A DNA stretch of 64,000 nucleotides from Candidatus Latescibacterota bacterium (GTDB lineage Bacteria > Latescibacterota > UBA2968). The position numbers and the translations under genes were made by a program. Shown here one piece after another: positions 60,044 to 64,000 of this stretch. Below the pieces are notes generated by a model, which ran no database searches, was not told where the DNA came from, and saw only the letters and a list, made by a program, of their open reading frames with translations. The stretch spans positions 2,850,551 to 2,914,550 of the forward strand of contig OZ220741.1 of assembly GCA_965116885.1 (NCBI GenBank), read 5' to 3'. The stretch's first letter is position 1; the number at the start of each line of letters is the position of its first letter.

Positions 60044-61012
60044 ATGCGCGATATTGTGGTCTTTAGCGGGAACGCACATCCTCAATTGGCAGAGCATATA
60101 TGCCAGTATCTGAGCGTGTCCCTTAGTCAGAGCACGATCAACCGCTTCAGTAACGATTGCATTCAGGTGCAGTTGAACGCCAATTGTCGGGAGGCCGATG
60201 TTTTCCTGATTCAGCCTCTTGTGCCACCTGTCCAGGACCATCTCATGGAACTCCTGCAGATGCTGGACGCGGCACGCGGGGCATCGGCTGCCCGTACGAC
60301 GGCCGTTATTCCGTATTACAGTTACGCGCGTTCAGATAAAAAGGATGCGCCTCGCATTTCTATTGCAGGGAGACTGGTGGCAGATTTGATTGATACGGCA
60401 GGTGCTAATCGGGTGCTCACGATGACTCTCCACGCGCCGCAGGTACATGGTTTTTTTCGCATTCCCGTCGATCATCTCAATGCCCTCCATGTGTTGGCGA
60501 GATATTTTCGGGGCAAAGATCTGGCGGATACGGTCGTTGTTTCGCCCGATCTTGGAGGCGCAAAGGAGGCAACGCATTTTGCCCGTCTGCTCAAGTTGCC
60601 CGTAGCTGCCGGAATCAAACGCCGCATCAGTGATGAAAAAGTCGTGATTGATTCAATTGTCGGCGATGTAGAGGGGAAGAAGGTGATTGTTCTGGACGAG
60701 GAGATAGCCACGGGGGGAACACTTGTGGAGCTTGTTGATCGCCTTCGAGAGCGAGGTGTTGATCACATCACGGTATCCTGCACACATGGACTTTTTACGG
60801 GACAGGCCCTGCCGCGTTTGGGTTCAATTGCAGAGGTGAAGGAATTGGTGACGACAGATACAGTTCCACTTTCTTCGCAGAGCCAATGTCCTCCCAATCT
60901 GACTACTCTATCCGTGGCACCTCTCCTGGGTGAAGCGATCCGCAGGATACACCACGGAGAGTCGGTCAGCAGTCTGTTCACGGCTCCAGATTGGATCGTG
61001 GATACGGGATAG
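60044..61012 (+). CDS. prs: Ribose-phosphate pyrophosphokinase
   Basis: FSGNAHP, PYYSYARSDKK, LHAPQVHGFF, VSPDLG, DEEIATGGT, CTHG, ESVSSLF; AAGGAG RBS. Confidence 0.93.
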   Translation: MRDIVVFSGNAHPQLAEHICQYLSVSLSQSTINRFSNDCIQVQLNANCREADVFLIQPLVPPVQDHLMELLQMLDAARGASAARTTAVIPYYSYARSDKKDAPRISIAGRLVADLIDTAGANRVLTMTLHAPQVHGFFRIPVDHLNALHVLARYFRGKDLADTVVVSPDLGGAKEATHFARLLKLPVAAGIKRRISDEKVVIDSIVGDVEGKKVIVLDEEIATGGTLVELVDRLRERGVDHITVSCTHGLFTGQALPRLGSIAEVKELVTTDTVPLSSQSQCPPNLTTLSVAPLLGEAIRRIHHGESVSSLFTAPDWIVDTG

Positions 61013-61032
61013 ATAGGACGGGGATTTAGCAA

Positions 61033-61332
61033 TTAAGCCACTGGAGCGGTATCAGTTAATGGCTCAATTCGAAGATCGCCGATCTTTTGCTGCGCGTGCC
61101 AGAGGTCGTATTGCAGTTGCAAATTCATCCAGAAAACGGGTGTTGTCCGAAATGCTTTGCTCAACCGAATTGCCATTTCTGGACTCACTCCGGCTTTGCC
61201 ATTGACGAGCTCAGAAACGGTCTTTCGCGCCACGCCGAGTGTCTGCGCTACTTCTGTCACGGTCAGGTTTAGCGGTACTAAACACAGTTCTTTTAAAATT
61301 TCACCTGGATGAGCCGGATTGTACATTTCCAT
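61033..61332 (-). CDS. higA: HigA family addiction module antitoxin
   Basis: [34 protein letters not shown]. Confidence 0.93.
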   Translation of the reverse strand: MEMYNPAHPGEILKELCLVPLNLTVTEVAQTLGVARKTVSELVNGKAGVSPEMAIRLSKAFRTTPVFWMNLQLQYDLWHAQQKIGDLRIEPLTDTAPVA

Positions 61333-61340
61333 AAAAATAT

Positions 61341-61367
61341 TCCTTTATGCCGGAAATTTTCGATCAT
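61341..61367 (-). pseudogene. higB: N-terminal remnant (9 codons) of a HigB toxin
   Basis: ATG ATC GAA AAT TTC CGG CAT AAA GGA = MIENFRHKG, like the HigB killer-protein start MIxxFRHKG; nothing HigB-like follows. Confidence 0.7.
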
Positions 61368-61371
61368 CAGA

Positions 61372-61400
61372 AATGTAACCTGTAACGTGTCGGGTGTCAA
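61372..61400 (-). promoter_or_regulatory. higBA promoter, nearly leaderless
   Basis: TTGACA, 17 bp spacer, TACATT, with ATG 4 nt later; GTTACA direct repeats overlap it. Confidence 0.65.
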
Positions 61401-61559
61401 GTCATGTATGCGCGATGAATGATTTACAATGCAATTTTCGTGCCACTTGCAAAAAGCCTAAAATTTCGGCATTTTTAACTCCTGTGCAAAGATAGACTGA
61501 ACATGTCGTTCAACTTCCCACTCTACATTTTGTAAATCTTGTTCTCGGATAGATTAATC

Positions 61560-62243
61560 ATGAAAAAGAAAGCTGTTGTCTTGCTCAGTGGTGGTTTGGA
61601 TTCTACTACAACTTTGGCTATTGCTACAAATCAGGGTTATGCCTGTTACGCGATCACATTTCGCTACGGGCAACGGCACGAAATTGAATTCGAGTGTGCG
61701 AAAAAAATTGCCGCTCATTTTGGTGTGCGAGATCACGTTATTGCCACTATTGATTCGCGTGCTTTTGGTGGTTCGGCATTAACCGATGATATCGATGTGC
61801 CCAAAAATCGAGACGAGAGCGAAATGTCCGATGGTATCCCAGTCACTTATGTCCCTGCTCGCAATACGATTTTTCTTTCTTACGCGCTTGCAATGGCCGA
61901 ATCTCTCGATAGCCGCGATATTTTTATTGGGGTCAATGCAATTGATTACAGCGGTTATCCCGATTGCCGTCCCGAATATATCGCCGCTTTTCAGACCATG
62001 GCGAATTTTGCCACCAAAGCCGGTGTTGAAGGGGATGCGTTCACCATTCACACGCCGCTTATTGATCTGACCAAGGTCGAGATTATCAAATGCGGGTTAG
62101 AACTCGGCGTTGATTACGCTATGACCTGTACATGTTACGATCCCGATACAGAAGGTCGCGCGTGTGGGCAGTGCGACGCCTGCTTGTTGCGCTTGCAGGG
62201 GTTTGCACAGAATGGTATGAAAGATCCGGTGGCCTATCGGTAA
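61560..62243 (+). CDS. queC: 7-cyano-7-deazaguanine synthase
   Basis: [35 protein letters not shown]...CG.CDAC.LR. Confidence 0.97.
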   Translation: MKKKAVVLLSGGLDSTTTLAIATNQGYACYAITFRYGQRHEIEFECAKKIAAHFGVRDHVIATIDSRAFGGSALTDDIDVPKNRDESEMSDGIPVTYVPARNTIFLSYALAMAESLDSRDIFIGVNAIDYSGYPDCRPEYIAAFQTMANFATKAGVEGDAFTIHTPLIDLTKVEIIKCGLELGVDYAMTCTCYDPDTEGRACGQCDACLLRLQGFAQNGMKDPVAYR

Positions 62244-62342
62244 GAGGTGGTTTTTCATTGCCGCAATGTACGCTTGCTAAATTTATGCGGATTTACGATC
62301 TTACAAAGTAGTTATCTCATTCACATTCAAAGAATTGTGTTT

Positions 62343-63680
62343 ATGCCCGCTCTCTCACTCGACCAACTCATCGCCGATTATTGCGATCAAAACGCACACT
62401 CTCAACGCCTTTTCAAACGCGCACAAGAAGTTTTGCCCGGTGGTAATACGCGCACCGGTGTTTTTGTCAATCCCTTTCCGATTTACGCGGACCAGGGTGA
62501 GGGTGTTTATATCGATGATGTCGATGGCAACCGCCGTCTCGACTTTGTCAATAACGCCACCGCCCTCATCCTCGGTCACGCCCATCCCGCTGTGAGCGAT
62601 GCCCTGCGCGAACGTATCAATAGTGGCACGGCCTTTTTTGGTCCTACCCAACTCGAAATCGAGTGGGCAGAACTCCTGCGCGAACGCGTCCCTTCCCTCG
62701 AACATCTGCGCTTTTGCAGTTCGGGTACCGAGTCTGTGGGCAATGCCTTGCGCGTTGCTCGCGCTTTTACTGGGCGTCAAAAAATTGCCAAATTTGAAGG
62801 TGCGTATCACGGTATTGACGATCCGGCTCTCATAAGCTATGTGCCACCTGTTACTCCCGATCTCGGTCCCGAAGACGCGCCTCATTCGGTGCTTTCTTCT
62901 GCCGGTCTTGCACCCGCGACGGCTGAAAATGTCGTTGTTTTGCCCTTTAATAACGCACGCGCTTGTGAACATCTCATTCGCCAACACGCCGAAGAACTCG
63001 CGTGCGTCATTATTGATCCGCTTTCTACGGCTGCTGGTATGGCCCTGCCGGATCCCGAGTTTCTCACGCTTTTGCGCGATGTGACGCGGGAACTCGATAT
63101 TCTTCTCATTTTCGACGAAATTGTCAGTTTTCGCATGACGTCAGGCGGCACACAGGCGGCGTACAATATCACGCCCGATTTGACCTGTCTGGCGAAGGTC
63201 ATTGCTGGCGGTACCCCGGCTGGTGCTTTTGGTGGGCGCAAAGATGTAATGGCGCTGTACGATCCCACTTCTGGATCACCTGCTATCCCACAATCTGGTA
63301 CGTATAATGGCAATCCGCTCGTGGCTATCGCTGGTCTTATGACTCTTAAAACCATGACCTCCGATGCATATCGCCACATTGATTCCCTCACAGAGTACAT
63401 TGCCGCTGGTCTCAAAGACGCTTTTAAGAGTGCCAGTATTCCTGCGACTATTGTCACTGCTGGTTCGCTTTTTCGCATCTACTTTCTCGACTATACCCCT
63501 GCCAACTATCGCCAGGCTGCACGAGACAGCAGCGAAAAACACCGCTGGCTCTATTTCTATCTTTTAAACCACGGTATTGTCATCCGCCAGGGCGGCTGCG
63601 TTTCTCTTCCTATGACGAGCAAACACGCCGATGATTTGATCAACTGCGTGCGTGAGGGATTGCGCGTTTGGCCCTATTAA
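62343..63680 (+). CDS. Class III aminotransferase, glutamate-1-semialdehyde aminomutase-like
   Basis: LPGG, DVDGN, LGHAHP, SGTE, KFEGAYHG, LIFDEIV, AKVIAGG, SGTYNGNP. Confidence 0.9.
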   Translation: MPALSLDQLIADYCDQNAHSQRLFKRAQEVLPGGNTRTGVFVNPFPIYADQGEGVYIDDVDGNRRLDFVNNATALILGHAHPAVSDALRERINSGTAFFGPTQLEIEWAELLRERVPSLEHLRFCSSGTESVGNALRVARAFTGRQKIAKFEGAYHGIDDPALISYVPPVTPDLGPEDAPHSVLSSAGLAPATAENVVVLPFNNARACEHLIRQHAEELACVIIDPLSTAAGMALPDPEFLTLLRDVTRELDILLIFDEIVSFRMTSGGTQAAYNITPDLTCLAKVIAGGTPAGAFGGRKDVMALYDPTSGSPAIPQSGTYNGNPLVAIAGLMTLKTMTSDAYRHIDSLTEYIAAGLKDAFKSASIPATIVTAGSLFRIYFLDYTPANYRQAARDSSEKHRWLYFYLLNHGIVIRQGGCVSLPMTSKHADDLINCVREGLRVWPY

Positions 63681-63691
63681 TCCCAAAATAA

Positions 63692-64000
63692 ATGTCTGTA
63701 TCTATACCAGATGGCCTCGTTATCCTCACCTTTGATGACGGCGTCAAATCACAAAGGACCTTCGCTGTACCCATCTTGCGCGAATGCGGGTTCAATGCCA
63801 CTTTCTATATCACAGAGGGCTTGAACTTTCTCACGGATAAGACGCGCTATCTCACCTGGGAAGAAGTGCGCAAATTACACGATCTGGGCTTTGAAATTGG
63901 GAATCATACGCGGCAACACAAAAGCGTTGCCAACCAATCGCGGGAGGAACTTTTATCCGATATCCGGTACATCGATCGGCAATGCAACCGCTACGGTATC
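63692..64000 (+). CDS. Polysaccharide deacetylase family protein, 5' part (runs off window end)
   Basis: Manual translation MSVSIPDGLVILTFDDG...GFNATFYI...LTWEEV..LHDLGFEIGNHTRQH. Confidence 0.88.
   Translation, partial: MSVSIPDGLVILTFDDGVKSQRTFAVPILRECGFNATFYITEGLNFLTDKTRYLTWEEVRKLHDLGFEIGNHTRQHKSVANQSREELLSDIRYIDRQCNRYGI

Noticed and set aside
61401-61559. preQ1 riboswitch upstream of queC
   Set aside because: No recognisable preQ1 stem-loop with A-rich tail; an Rfam scan would be needed to exclude it fully.
61560-62243. queC as part of a defence or DNA-modification system (QatC, dpd)
   Set aside because: Canonical length and motifs; no dpdA, TatD or ATPase partners nearby.
62343-63680. 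Calling the aminotransferase hemL
   Set aside because: HemL-specific motifs diverge (PGGNTR rather than PGGVNSPVR; IDP rather than EP), so it is likely a paralog and no symbol is given.

Overview
A gene-dense bacterial chromosomal window of roughly 50% GC by eye, with no rRNA, tRNA, CRISPR array or intact transposase that I could recognise. The left end holds housekeeping and assimilation genes: partial gltD, gltB, a 7Fe ferredoxin, a siroheme nitrite/sulfite reductase with a partner ORF, moaA, an EEP lipoprotein and smc. Most of the rest is a catabolic accessory landscape: 4 sulfatases, 3 aldo/keto reductases, 2 Gfo/Idh/MocA oxidoreductases, 2 enolase-superfamily enzymes, 2 CurA-like reductases, PhyH/JmjC 2OG oxygenases, esterases and transporters. 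That profile resembles marine or sponge-symbiont lineages (inference only). The strongest finding is an AbgB-like M20 amidohydrolase (16613-17935) split by one in-frame TGA exactly at the metal-ligand Cys (GHG-TGA-GHN), followed by a SECIS-like hairpin, which makes it a probable selenoprotein. Also notable: a secreted fusion of a UshA-like CxC domain, a tetraheme cytochrome c and a thioredoxin-like region; a tandem pair of two-domain PhyH proteins with non-canonical iron ligands; a higA gene whose higB toxin survives as only 9 codons; an rraA with an in-frame deletion; and short-period repeats at gene boundaries. All calls come from motif reading, not database searches.
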